In this document: in pieces, positions 52,170 through 64,000 of the stretch | Position numbering within the stretch: position 1 is the first letter of the stretch | How the letters are laid out: each line of letters begins with the position of its first letter | Origin: Camelus ferus | Lineage: Eukaryota | NCBI RefSeq assembly: GCF_009834535.1 | Contig: NC_045697.1 | Coordinates: 29,204,001-29,268,000, forward strand | Direction of reading: 5' to 3' | DNA length: 64,000 nt | Made by a program: the position numbers and the translations under genes | The notes under the pieces: model-generated | Databases searched by the model: none | Told to the model about the DNA's origin: nothing | Seen by the model: the letters and a program-made list of their open reading frames with translations, nothing else

Positions 52170-53430
52170 GAAACTCTCTACGAGGACAACTGCCCGAGTC
52201 CTGGCTTCTCACTGTCCCAAGCTGCACATTCCAAAGTGGGAAGCAGGAGCGATAACCAGAAGGCAGCTCTCTGGGGCTAAATTCCTGGCGGGAGCGAGAA
52301 CTTGAAAGCGCGGCGACTCCACTGGCAGAGCGGCGCCGGATCCGCACCCCGGGGAGATCCGCGGCCCCGGGAGCCCTGCTGCGTCCGGCGCTGCGCACGG
52401 GGAGCGCTCGGAGTCTCGTCTACAGCTCTTCCCTGTTCCCTCCGCCCTCCTCCTGTTGCCCTCCCCCAGCCGAGGCCGTTCGCCTCACAGTAGCAAGGTT
52501 GTCTCTCGTCTACTCCCTTCCCTTAAACTCACCAAACCAGATTTTTACTCCCAACACCGGCAACTTCCCGTAAATCTGCACTGAAATTTTATCCTGCTTG
52601 CTGAGCCTCCACTGGCTGAAGGCCAGTGCAACATTCCTGTTGTTTTAGGAGCGCAGATACCTTTGCTGAAGGTTGAAAAAAAAAAAAAAAAACAACTGCC
52701 TTGATCGGGAGGATCTGGGGACTTCACCAGACCGACTTCTCTCCCTGCTCAAAAAGTCACATCCATTTCAGACAGTCAGAAATGGCCCCAGAAGTGGCAC
52801 CTGCTCCACCTGAGTTCATCTGTCCGCATCAGACGTCTGGCCCCCTTTGGGCTGTTGAGGGAAACCAAGCAGAACCGTGTTTGAGGAATAAGGAACCTGC
52901 TTTTGAATCACAAGCCGATCAGTACACCCCACCCTCGTTCTTCCCCCAAGTAAAGAAGTCGTTTAACCAGGTAGGATCACAGCGAACACGGTGGCGTGCC
53001 CGATGGAAGGGGGGACCTCCCAGACTGTCCTTACCTGAGGCAGAGCACCGCTTGGACGAGCGCAGGAAGGAACGTCACACGGACCAAACCCTGACCTTTG
53101 CCGGGGCCTTCGCAGCAGGGCCTGGGGCCTGGGCGCTGCTGGCTCAGAAGTGGCTCATTTTAATGCGCTCTGACCTAAAGTTACAGCTGGTTTCTAGAAA
53201 GGGAACAAAAAACACTGCATTTAAAAACAGCAACCAAGCCCTCTCTTAACCTTGACTGATCTCTGGGGAGTTGGCTCTAACCCCCACCCCATCCCCATCC
53301 CGAAGAAATCCGCAATCTGGGCCCCACCCCGCCGCATTACCTGTTTATGCAAGAGTTAAGGAGCCTCACGCATTTCAATAGAGCGCTAAGCCTGTTTGTA
53401 GGCGCGTAATCGGCCAACGGGAATCGAATT
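52170..53430 (-). promoter_or_regulatory. Bipartite CpG-rich promoter-like region (cores about 52280-52510 and 52900-53430)
   Basis: Only region of dense retained CpG in the window (e.g. cggcgccggatccgcaccccggggagatccgcggccccggg); flanked by minus-strand donors; half-CRE and ETS-like motif ggaaggaacgtcac near 53065-53078. Confidence 0.8.
53035..53200 (-). other. Candidate first exon (5' boundary uncertain)
   Basis: Consensus donor ctcag|gtaagg at 53035/53034 inside the CpG-rich core. Confidence 0.5.
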
Positions 53431-55639
53431 CTGTGACTAAACAGACTAGAAGAGGAAGCAGGCACTACCAGGAACCTAAAACGGAGTTGTGATTTCGGGT
53501 TGCAATGTCATTCAACTGAGAAAAAAAAAAAAAAAAAAAGTGCTGCTTCTCATTGGGCTCTTTAGTGAAGGAATAGTCCAAAAATATTTTTCTTGCTGGT
53601 TAAATGAGTTAATACATGCACAGAGCTTAGAACAGTGCCTGAGACATTGTGTTAGTGGCCGTAATTATTGTTGTTGTTATTTGTATTTGTACTTGACTTT
53701 TTTCTAAAGAGAAGTGGTCGTGACCAGAAAAGTGGGCTTTTGATCCAGCACAGCCACTAACTGTAAGGCCATGAGCCAGTTTTTCTTTTTTCTTTTTTTT
53801 TTTTTAACCTCTCCCAGCTTCCATTTCTGAAAGAGTTTAACAATCAGATTTTTGCAGTTTACATTCATTGTGGGAAGTCTTGAAAATAATGGAAAATAAA
53901 GTTTCTATAAAATAGTGTCCTACTGGTTTTCATCTCATTTAAAAGTTGCAAGATGGACAGGATACATGGAGATAAATTGGCCTCTACATTCCACGAAATT
54001 CGCTGATGGAAAGGAAGCTCAGGACCCTGGACATAGCAATCAACCTTGGACACATGCTTCATTCTAATTTGGATTTAGGCACTTCATTTGCTGCCTGACC
54101 CTGGGGAGAGTTACTTATTTGGTTAGAAGCTAATGCTGAACAAATAATGGTCACTGTATTTTGAAAAATAGTGTGAAATAGAAGGAAATAATTTTTAAAT
54201 TCCTCATAAATATTCCAAAGTGATTTTTGAAGGCAAAATGTGCTCAGTGCTGACACACTTTTTCCTCCACTTAACTTCATTTTTAAAGAAAAAAATCATC
54301 GTCCCTCTATATGAATGAGGCCCTTTGCACTTCACTGAGCACATTCACCCACCTCATTCACCCACTTCATCTTACCTGATCATACAAATCAATCCTATGA
54401 GGTACTTTATCCCCATTTTGCAGATTGAAGACACTGAGGTCAGTGCAAGTTTTCCCTGAGTAGTGAGGCCAGCATAGTTCCCAGTTCTAGTTCAATCTAA
54501 AAGCAGCATGTGCCACCTTTGGGAAAAATGATTCCTTCAAACCAGCAAAGAATTCTGAAACATTTAAAATCCCTTTGATTTTTTTTTTTTAACCTTCCCT
54601 ATGGCGCATGATTTAACTGAGATCAACTAAACATTTTCTGAGTTTCAGGTTCATTCCATGTCAGAATATAAGCCAGGGTGAACCATGAAGAGCAGGCAGT
54701 GAGATCTCTCCTCTGTTCTCTGACCACACCTAAGGGCTGACATTCCCAGGTAGGGGACAACGGTCCACAGCCATGAGACAACTTAAAAACTCCAGCTCCA
54801 CGTTCACTGGATTTTAATTTTCTTTTTCCAAATGTATGGCCTTGAGCCTCTCAGTGTCAGAGACCCTGTGCATTATAGAATACAAGAGGGGACATTCTCA
54901 GGCTCACAGATTTTTCTGTCTCAGAACAGGTTTTTCCATGGGAAGCCCTGGGCCAAACCTGGGTAATAACGACCAGGAATAATAAAGTGAGTCTGAAAGC
55001 GTGGAGATCAGTGACTATGGGTGAGCTGAGCTGCAGGCAGGGAAGATGGCCCTTGAGGAGGCCCAGTTCCCTGCAAGCAAGTCCTTATGGCAGTTCTGAG
55101 TTGGCGACTTTCTCTCAAATATTGCCTGGCACTTCCGCTCCTTTTTCTCAGTTTTGCACACTGCCACTTAGTAAGTGGGTATAATTCTTATTCCCAACTA
55201 CTTCCCACTGCTCTCCCCAGGAATATGGAGAAAATAAAACAGGTTTTTTTAAGTGGCAGGCAATAGTAGAAGAAAGTGAGCGTTCATTATTACTTCTTTG
55301 TGGCTGACCTTGACCCCTGTTTATTATTTTTATTATGATTATGATTATGATTAATTCTCAGGCAGACCTTATGAACCTGGGGTATTTGAGGTCTGCAGAT
55401 CCTTGCCTTTTGCTTTCTGTTTTTTTCTTTCCCATCTACGCAAAAGGCAGAGCGCTAGAGTGAATGCAAATAGCACGGAGATTCGTTTCCCATAGATGTG
55501 AGTTTGAATCTCAGGTCTACTTCTTAGTTTTGTGATGCTGGGCAAATTTCTTAACTGCTCCGAGCTTCAGTTTCTTCATTTATAAAATAACAACTACTCC
55601 CTCTCTGGATTTCTATGAGTTAAACGAAAATGAAATGCA

Positions 55640-55930
55640 ATGAAAGACAAATACTGTATAATACTCCTTATATATGGAATCTAAAAAAATACAACAAACT
55701 AGTGAATATAATGAAAAAGAAGCAGACTCACAGATATCGAGAACAAGTTAGTGGTTACCAGTGGGGGAGGGGAGGAGTATTTAAGGGTGGGAGTGCGGGA
55801 GGCATAAACTATTGAGTGTAAGATAGGCTCAAGGACGTATTGTACAACACAGGGAACAGAGCCAATATTTTGTAATAACTGTAAAAGGAAAGTAACCTCT
55901 AAAATTATATTTTAAAAAAATTTTTTTAAG
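55640..55930 (+). mobile_element. L1 3' end (laurasiatherian/cetartiodactyl type), inserted in a MIR
   Basis: gaaagacaaatactgtat...tggaatctaaaaaa...gactcacagatatcgagaacaagttagtggttaccagtggg...gtacaacacagggaa. Confidence 0.9.
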
Positions 55931-57236
55931 TTTAATAATGAGGGGTATAATCTCATTACAATTCTTGGCACATTGTAGGTATTCCAGAAATGATATTTCC
56001 TTTCATACCTGGAAAAACCTACTCTACAGCTTAAAGAATTGTCTTTTACACATTTAAACCTTAGATCAAATAACATTATTCCAAGGCACCCTCATCAATA
56101 GAGGCAAGCCTCAGACCTTTGTAGAGAACCACAGTACAATGATAACCACACATCTACAGAGAATTTCCAATGATGTATTATCATCTTTGTTCATCAGAAA
56201 TCTGTGAGGTATGTATGGGTAAGGCACAAAGCATTTGTATCACCCATTGCTCAGATTAGGAAACTGAAGTTTGCTCCAAGTTGCTAGTAACTGGCAGAGC
56301 CAAGGAGTCTTTTTGTTGTTGTTTGGGTTTTTTTCCTTAAATGGCTTTTCACTATTCCTATTGCCAGCACTATCATTTTGCTATTCCTATACCCAGTTAG
56401 GGAACAGAATCAAGGAGTTCCAATTATCTTAGCTCCTAGTTGTGGGGAGAGGGCCAGGAAATTCCAGCCAGAGTTTGTGGACACTTCTCTCTTTGAAAGT
56501 ACGGAAACCCACAAAGAACCCCAAAGATCTGTGCCCTATGAAAATTAGATGTGCTGACCCTCTGCAGATGCTTCGAATTCTGTGACAAACAGAAGGGCAG
56601 CAAGACAAAGAACTCAGGCTTGATGTCAGTAAGATCCAGGTTTGCGTCTTGGCAGTTATGGGGTTATGAGCAAATTACCTAACTCTCTGAGCTTCAGTTT
56701 GTGGCTGATGGCAATACCTAACTGTAGGGTCATCATGAGGATTAAATGAGACGATACACATAAAAACACAGCACTGGACATCCGCTAAGTTTTCAATACA
56801 TGCTAGTTATTTTTCTTAAAGATCAAAGACCAGGCACTAAAATCATACATGTGAGGCCTAAATGAGGCATGCAATATATAAATGCAAAGAGCTTAGAACA
56901 ATGCCTGGCATATAATAGTTGTATAACTGCTGTTATTACTGTTATAATGACTTCCCTATATAACAATGCCTTGTAACAGTGGCTACATGATGAGTGATTG
57001 ATTTTTGTGGGGAGGGAAACTTCTGTTATTTCTTATGGAAACTGAACTTATAAAGTGAAAAAGGCAAATATCTTCTCAGTGGATTTACTTTCTACCTGTT
57101 TCCCTCATTTCTCTTATTTTTACTTGAAATGGAAAACTTATTGGTAAATGGGATAAAATCACTGATCTGAACCCAAGCTTTCTGTTGAGGCTGGTGATAT
57201 TTTGCCCAACAGAAATTATTCAGAAAAAAACCTTAT

Positions 57237-57333
57237 GGGGGGGGGAGGGTAAAGCTCAGTGGCAGAGTGCCTGCTTAGCATGCACAAGGTCCTGGGTTCA
57301 ATCCCCAATACCTCCATTAAGAAATAAATAAAT
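57237..57333 (+). mobile_element. Vic-1-like SINE (first part of a SINE-L1-SINE array)
   Basis: gggggagggtaaagctcagtggcagag...gggttcaatccccaatacctccattaa. Confidence 0.92.
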
Positions 57334-57433
57334 AACTTATAATGAAAAAGAATATGAAAACGAATAGATGTATGTATATGTATGACTGAAACATTATTCT
57401 GTACACCAGAAATTGACACATTGTAAACTGACT
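57334..57433 (+). mobile_element. Young L1 3' UTR fragment
   Basis: tataatgaaaaagaatatgaaaa...ctgtacaccagaaattgacacattgtaaactgact; similar to 60771-60916. Confidence 0.88.
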
Positions 57434-57437
57434 TGGT

Positions 57438-57610
57438 GGGGAGGGTATAGCTCAAGTGGCAGAGCGCATGCTTAGCATGCACGAGGTCCTGGGTTCAATC
57501 TCCAGTACCTCCTCTAAAAATAAATAATGCTAATTACCTGACCCACGTCCCACCAAAATAAAATAATTACATAATACAGTAATAAATAAATAAATATTTT
57601 AAAAAAAGAA
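57438..57610 (+). mobile_element. Vic-1-like SINE (second)
   Basis: ggggagggtatagctcaagtggcagag...acctcctctaaaaa with A-rich tail. Confidence 0.92.
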
Positions 57611-58404
57611 AAGCACCCCATTATAACCTAGAACATGCAACTTGACCCAGAGAGACCTCTCATCTCCACAATTTCCACAGTGTCTCATTTCCTCCTATGG
57701 TGGCCAGTAGCTACCCATAGAAGCCTTTTTAAAGAACTCTTTTCTTTTTTAATGTTGATGTCAAATCCCCACTGGATCGAATGTGTGCAAATTTAACACA
57801 AGTTATTCCTGGGCACACATTAAGCCAAAGCATTTAGCGCAGTGACTAACCCTAGAACACAGTCATCAGCCCACAGATGGAAGAATGAGGGAGGGCAGTG
57901 TGAACTCCGCTGGAAGGGCATCTGGGTTTGTGGTTTCCATGCCACACCATAGGAGGGCCTGTAACTGAATTTTAAAAATGTACTGAGTTCACAGAAAAGG
58001 GAATTAAGTATAGCAGGGGTTCACTTCGAACATTAATCTCGGAAGCCAAATCCTTCATTTTGAGAAAGGCCTTCAATACAAGGAGTCCCTTGACCTTCGT
58101 TCTTCCTGCACAAACAGCTCTGCCAAAGCCCGCCTGCTTAGACTGCAGGCTTTTCCCGCCTCACCAGCCTGCTGAGATGGAAGGACCCCTGATGTAAATT
58201 ACAGGCCCTTAAAGGCCCACTCAAGACCAAGACATGGTTTTGTTATGGCGACACATGCTGTTAATTCCTTTATATTCCTTTAAGGCTTATTCCCCACCAG
58301 AGAAGACCTACAGATTTCCTTTTATTTTATAAAGGAAAACAGCCTCACAGAAGCAGCTCAATCATTCAGCAATAACTTATTAAAAAAGATTGTCAACATA
58401 AAAT

Positions 58405-58640
58405 TACTAACGTTTATTAAATGCTTACTAGAGTATTTGCCAGACGCTGTATTAAGCACTTTACATGTATTAACTATTTAATCCTCACAACAACCCCAGG
58501 AGATAGACTGTTATTATACCCATTTTACAGAGGAAGATGCAGAGAGCACAAAGCAGGTGACACTGCTAAGTTCCCATAATTAGAAAGTGGCAGAGCTGGG
58601 GTTTAACCCAGGCAGTCTGGCTCCAGCATCTGTGATCCTA
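58405..58640 (-). mobile_element. MIR, near full length
   Basis: taagcactttacatgtattaactatttaatcctcacaacaaccc...cccattttacagaggaaga...aagtggcagagctggggtttaacccaggcagtctggctccag. Confidence 0.92.
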
Positions 58641-59089
58641 ACTGCTGTACTCCATGGCCTCACAAAAGAGGGTCTGTGTATTCTAGTAGCAGTAGTGCCA
58701 GTGTAAAGACAGTCTGGCATGCGGTAGGCAGTAGGCAATCAGAAAACGTTTGTTGAATGACTGAGTGAATGTGGACATACATTTGAATGTTGTGATATCA
58801 GTTTGTAGAAGTACATGTCAAGGAAGGTAGGGTTTAGCTCATCTAGGATCTGAGGTTGAGGGTCACATAACAGAATGAGTACAAATGTGTCTTCCAAAAT
58901 ATGGATAAGGTTTCATTTGACATACATTGTAGGGAATGAGTATTTTACAGGGGAGAATTCATTTCAGGTATGGCCAAATTGAGACCATAAAAGCCACATA
59001 AAAATAATGTGAATATTCTCCTTGTTGCTTCTATTGTTTCTCTGCTTGGAATATCCTCGTAGACACCTTCCATCCATCCATCACCAGCT

Positions 59090-59320
59090 GAAGCATAGTA
59101 GTTAAGAACACAGTCTGGACCCAGATACCTGAGTCTGAATCCTGTCTCTGCCACTTACTGTGCAACTGTGGGCAAATAAGTTAACCATCCAGGGCCTTTA
59201 GCCTCCTTGCCAGTACCCTCACCATTAGGAGTATTAGGAAGAGTCCACGTGTTACTGTAAGTGGGGTGCTGGCAAGAGCACCAGACCATTATAAGCCCAA
59301 TGTAAGTATTTCTTGTTGCG
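59090..59320 (+). mobile_element. MIR
   Basis: gcatagtagttaagaacacagtctggacccagatacctgagtctgaatcctgtctctgccacttact. Confidence 0.85.
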
Positions 59321-60245
59321 ATTCACCATCCAGCTGTCTACCTATTGCTTTATCCAATGAACATTTATCAAGCATCTACTCTGTGTCAAGTTCTGTGCAT
59401 CATGCTGAATATAGAAAAACAAATGAAATATGGTCCCCATCTTCAAGGAACTCGTATTCTATAGCAAAGGTTAAGCAACCAGCCGATGGCCTTACAGTAT
59501 GTAAATCCTAGAAGTTCGGGGCAATCTAATCTCGGCTTGAGGGGTTAATCTAGGGGAAGTGATATCAGCATTGAGAGGCCTGGAAGTTGCTTAGGAGTTG
59601 GCCAGGTAAAGAAGATGAGAAGCGTATTTCAGGAAAGTGAAAATCACCCCAGAATAAGTGAGACAGTGGATTCAAGGGTGTGAGACACCCTTGAATTCTC
59701 TGTAATTCAAGTAATTCTCTGTAGCTAGAGGGTTAGATGGCTGTAGTATAAGATGAAATTGAGAAATAGACAGGGACCAGTTAATAAGAATCATCTGTTA
59801 TGCCAAGGAGTTGAGAAGGGTTTGGAATAGGGAGTATGGAGATCAGATTGGGATACCTGTTAGAGTCTAGGGTACTGGCAAAGTAGATGGAGAAGAAAGG
59901 ATAAAGGATATATTTAGGAGGTAAGAGTCATGGGGCTTAGTGACTAATCAGATTTTGAGGGTGAGATAGGAGATATAAAAAGGTTTGGAGCGGAAATAAT
60001 CATTTATTCCATAAACATTTTTTGAATACCTACCGTGTGCCATGCACTGTTTTAGAACTTGGGAAAACAGCAGTGGACAAAACAGGCATAAATCTTGTCC
60101 TCATGGAGTTTATATTCTGGTTGGAAGAGAAAGAAAAAAATAAATAAGTAAAATATACACCAAGTTTGATGACAGTAAGTACTAAGAAGAAAAACAAAGC
60201 AGGGAAGGGAATAGAAGGATAAAGCAGGGAAGAAAAATAAACTTA

Positions 60246-60385
60246 AGGGAAGGGATAGCTCAGTGGCAGAGTGCGTGCTTAGCATGCACAAGGTCCTGGG
60301 TTCAATCCTCTGTACCTCCATTAAAAATAAATAGATAAATAAATAAACCTAATTACCTCCCCCCCCAAAAAAATTTTTAAAAAGA
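60246..60385 (+). mobile_element. Vic-1-like SINE
   Basis: gggatagctcagtggcagagtgcgtgcttagcatgcacaaggtcctgggttcaatcc...aaacctaattacctcccc. Confidence 0.93.
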
Positions 60386-60770
60386 AAAAGAAAGCTGAAG
60401 TGGGTTGCAATATTTCAATGGTGGTCAGAGAAGTTCTCTCTGAAAAGGTGACCCTGAGAGGGACTGAAGATATTGAGGGTCAGAGCAATTAAAGCACCCA
60501 GAGGAAGTGTACTCCAGGCAGAGCAAGAGTGTTGCTGGCATATTCAAGAACAGCTAGAAGGCTGGTGTAGCTGGAGTGGAGAGATGGAAGGAGAGAATGA
60601 TAAGAAATGAGTTAGGAGGATAATGGAGCCATGAGGTCAACCAGAGTGTTGGGAGAACGAAAAGAAGGCTAGAGACAGGAACTCTGTACTGAAACAGGAA
60701 GAAGAGTCCACGGAGAAGGCTGAGGAGAAAGTGTTAGTCCTAGAAAGAACGAGACTCAAGCAGGGCCTGT

Positions 60771-60916
60771 CAGGGAACTATATTCAACACCTTGTAATGG
60801 CCTATAATGAAGAAGAATATGAAAAGAAATATATATATATATGAATCACAATGCTGTGCACCAGAAATTAACACAACATTGTAAACTGACTTTACTTCAA
60901 TAAAATAAAATTTAAA
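60771..60916 (+). mobile_element. Young L1, 5'-truncated 3' end
   Basis: cagggaactatattcaa...aacattgtaaactgactttacttcaataaaa; TSD aagcagggcctgt (60758-60770) / aaggaaggcctgt (60917-60929). Confidence 0.9.
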
Positions 60917-61863
60917 AAGGAAGGCCTGTTCACAAAGTCAAGTGAGGCAAAGGGTTAAGTAAGATAAGGATTGAAAACTACCATTTTGTTTAGCAACTAG
61001 GCGATAACTGGTGACCTTGACAACGATGTAGTGGTAAAGCCGGGTGGTGAAGGAATGAAGACAGCAGGTGTAGACAACTCTCTCAGATAAATGGACTTGA
61101 AATGAAGAACAAGGATAGGATAACAGCCAGAGGAGCAAAAGAAAGCTCGCCTTTGGAGAGGAGAAAGGCCTTGGAATGTCTATAAGCTGAAGAGAAAAGT
61201 TAGTCAGATAGGACTGGGTGTCCTAGATACACAAGACAATTCATTCATTCATTCATTCATTCACTCAACAAATATTTATTATCTACCCAGAGTCACACAC
61301 TGGATGAATAGAAACATGATCCATTCCCTCATCTTGGAAAGATGGACACATGTGTCACTGCACATAATACAAAGTGAGGAGGGTAATAGAGAGAGATGCA
61401 AATGCCAGAAAGAACCCAGTAATTCTGCCTGTGTGGAAAGGAGGGGAAAGTGAAGGAAACTTTCTAGAACTAAAAATGAGAAAATGAAGGGTAGCAGGGC
61501 ATTCTGGTCAGGGAAGGTCAGGAAGGACAAGGACTAGATTGGGGGAGGGCAGTGAAAGCACTTAGCATCCAGTGTGACGGGAGCCGGGGGGGTGGGTGGT
61601 GAGGTGGCAGGATTTGCAGCTGGTAAGGTGGGTGGGGGCTAGCTAGTTAAGAGACTTGAAAGGAGAATGGTCTTCATTCTTATGGGTGATAAGATTTTGA
61701 GCAGGAAAATGACATGATCATAGGTGTGTCTGAAGCACAACACAGAGGATGGCTTGAAGGGGGGAGAACTTGGGAGCGGAGAGACTAGTTATGCGGAAAT
61801 TGCAGTGGCTCAGGAAAGAGATGACAAAATTCACAGGGCAGTGGCTATTCAAGAGATGCTGAA

Positions 61864-62500
61864 TGTGGTAGATACCGTGAATTACTTCATTCCACTCTGC
61901 TTCCAATGCACTTTCTTGTCCTGAAAGCCTCGAAAGCTAAAAACCACATTTCCCAGACCCCTTGCAGTTAAAGTTCCAAATGTAATGTGAGTTCTGACAC
62001 ACAGATCCATTCTGTGCAAGGTTTAGAAGGTAAAAATGAGGAGGGGGCCAGGTTTCTGGCTGCTTCTGCTGTCTCTTCCAGCAGGCACAGCTATAAACAT
62101 GTAGGATGTTCCTGTGGCGTCATCCTAAGGGTCTGCTGGTTTTGTGGGTAGAGAGAGCACAGAGCACAGGGCACCCATTTTTTTTTTTTGCTGGTGTGGA
62201 CCTGGTAGACGTAGCATGCCTCTGTTGTAAACATGGCAGTGGTAGCTTTCTGATCCCAGAAAAGTGATGTCTCTGAACTCAGTGGTTATAATGGTGGTTT
62301 TCTGACTCCTCACCTTCCTGATTGTGGCAATGCAGCAGCTCTCCTGACAGGCCAGTTCTGCAGCGTTACTGTGGAGGGCAGACCTCAAGCTCCAATGGAA
62401 TGCTGTTCTATCAATTGTATAAGCACCTAATCGCATATATTAAATCCCTTTCTGATTAAAACAGCTAGAATGATTTCTATTTACTGTAACTGAACCCTCC
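61864..62500 (+). mobile_element. ERVL solo LTR, LTR33-like
   Basis: tgtggtagatac...ccacatttcccagacccctt...attaaatccctttctgattaaaacagctagaatgatttct...aactgaaccct. Confidence 0.7.
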
Positions 62501-63249
62501 CTATGTTGAATAAATAGAACTGAGAGAATTTGATGCCAGCTGAATGCAGAAAGGAAGAAGGGAGTGTGTGGCAGTGAGAAAGAGAGGAGGCAACTACTTC
62601 CAAGGTTTCTTGCTTCTAGCCATTGTCTCTGGCCACCCATCAAAATAGGGACTCATAAAGAGAATTGGAGACTTGCAGGTAGGAGAGTGGGGCCTTTCAT
62701 GAGTTGCCAGGAACAGGTTCTCCACTGCGTCCAGCTATGGGGCAGGCAGTTGAAACTAACTAGGTCATTACTGACTAACAGAGGAGCAGAAGGAGATTCG
62801 GTTCCTGAACCTAAGTGGCATCTTTACTGTAATGCATCAGTGACTCACACTTTCAAGTTCAATTCTTAAATGAAGAGTCATATGAAATAGTCATACACAA
62901 TGGCAGAGTTCGTGAAATTTATACACACTTAACTGTCTGTTCCTGGGGGCAGTTTCTCCCTCATGTCTTACTATTCAGAAAGCTTTAACCCTAGTAGTAC
63001 CTCCTTTCTTAACTCCAGTAAGACCAGTGCATTCTTTCTTTTTTAAAACAATAATATGCTAATCCACCAGCATCTTTCTTTCAGAGCCTAACTGACACAG
63101 TATTACTCAAATAAAATCACATTCTAACTTCAACTTATTACTTTGGCAATGACAACCACTCATTGTGACCCATATGACTCCTCCACTCAAAAATATTAAG
63201 TGTTTCATTGTGGATTTTACAGTAAACCTGGACAAGTAATAAGGTTTCC

Positions 63250-63325
63250 TTTTTCTCCCACCTCTCCCCCTCCCCTCCTGCTCCCCCCTCCCCCTCCCCT
63301 TCCTCTCTTTCTCCTTCTTCTTTTG
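63250..63325. repeat. C/T-rich low-complexity tract (G-runs on the minus strand)
   Basis: ccccctcccctcctgctcccccctccccctcccct. Confidence 0.8.
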
Positions 63326-64000
63326 ATCTGATTCCATTTATTGTCAGCACAGGGACCATGACTCTAAGGTTGTAGGCAGTTGAAAGGTAAATGGACCTCA
63401 GTTCAGCTCATTTAATTCTTTGGACAAATAACAGCTTGACACTGCAAACTTGAGATGGGAACATGTGTTTTCTGTTTTTACTGTAAGATTCAACGGTTTA
63501 CACAGCTGTCATTAAGCATGTACCCAAGTGTATACATTTCTTAATGGACACGAGGACTGGAAGCAGGAGGTAGAAGAAGAAGCATTTGCAATCTGTTATA
63601 AATATTAGCACCTATTTTTTTAAAGAAAAAAAGACTCTTGGTAAGACTTCAAGATGGATTTGAATATGTCTTTATTGTAGCATTGGTGACGTTTGGTTAT
63701 AGTTAATTAAATGCAAATAATTCTGCCCAACTGGATTATGAGCCCTCTCCTGGGGGTGCAGAAACTGCCTTGTTGAGCTGTGTTTTCCCAGTTCTAAGTA
63801 GAGGTCCACATGATAGGCACTCAAGGAATGCTTGATGACTGACTGAAGGAAGTTTCTAAACTGGGGGTCAAGGGACAATATTTTAGTACTGGTTCTGCTT
63901 CAGTTTCCTCAACTATGAAATGAATCTCCAGGTCTTAAGTTCTGTTACTTCCTTGAAGGGCTTCTTATCCATAAAACTTTTTTGATCTCTAATGGAAAAA

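Larger units (their letters stand above)
59340..61860 (-). mobile_element. Cluster of several minus-strand L2 fragments with younger SINE and L1 insertions
   Basis: Repeated antisense L2 termini (aacatttatcaagcatctactctgtgtc; aaacattttttgaatacctaccgtgtgcc; (ttca)n caacaaatatttatt) and purine-rich L2 bodies. Confidence 0.7.

Noticed and set aside
52701..53249. Longest ORF in the window (182 aa, + strand)
   Set aside because: TTG start, no recognisable domain, expected by chance in GC-rich promoter DNA, and opposite to the splice-signal strand
1..64000. Assigning a gene symbol, or a novel multi-gene system
   Set aside because: No coding exon or sequence I can securely recognise, so a name would be a guess; nothing prokaryote-like or operon-like is present

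Overview
Mammalian, most likely camelid (Camelus/Vicugna/Lama), non-coding genomic DNA. The taxon call rests on 12 copies of a tRNA-derived SINE (GGGGAGGGTATAGCTCA(A)GTGGTAGAG...GCATGCACGAGGTCCTGGGTTCAATCCCCAGTACCTCC) that I recognise as the camelid Vic-1-type SINE, plus young L1 3' ends. I can support no protein-coding exon; the ORF track is noise or repeat-derived. The main non-repeat feature is a bipartite CpG-rich promoter-like region at about 52.2-53.4 kb. It carries strong minus-strand splice donors (53035, 51922) and an acceptor (52160), suggesting the 5' non-coding exons of an unidentified minus-strand gene whose long intron covers most of 1-52 kb. The rest is typical eutherian repeat landscape (MIR, L2, old L1M, MER20/MER5/MER58/Charlie1b, MLT1, LTR33-like) with a few enhancer-like motif clusters. 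I found no convincing new biological system. The most interesting observations are modest: two SINE-L1 3'-end composites, a SINE copy with an inverted B-box, two SINE subfamilies with one mosaic copy, twin 2-codon uORFs, and a repeat-poor 6 kb stretch beside the promoter. Repeat family names come from recalled consensus sequences, not a search, and old-repeat boundaries are approximate.
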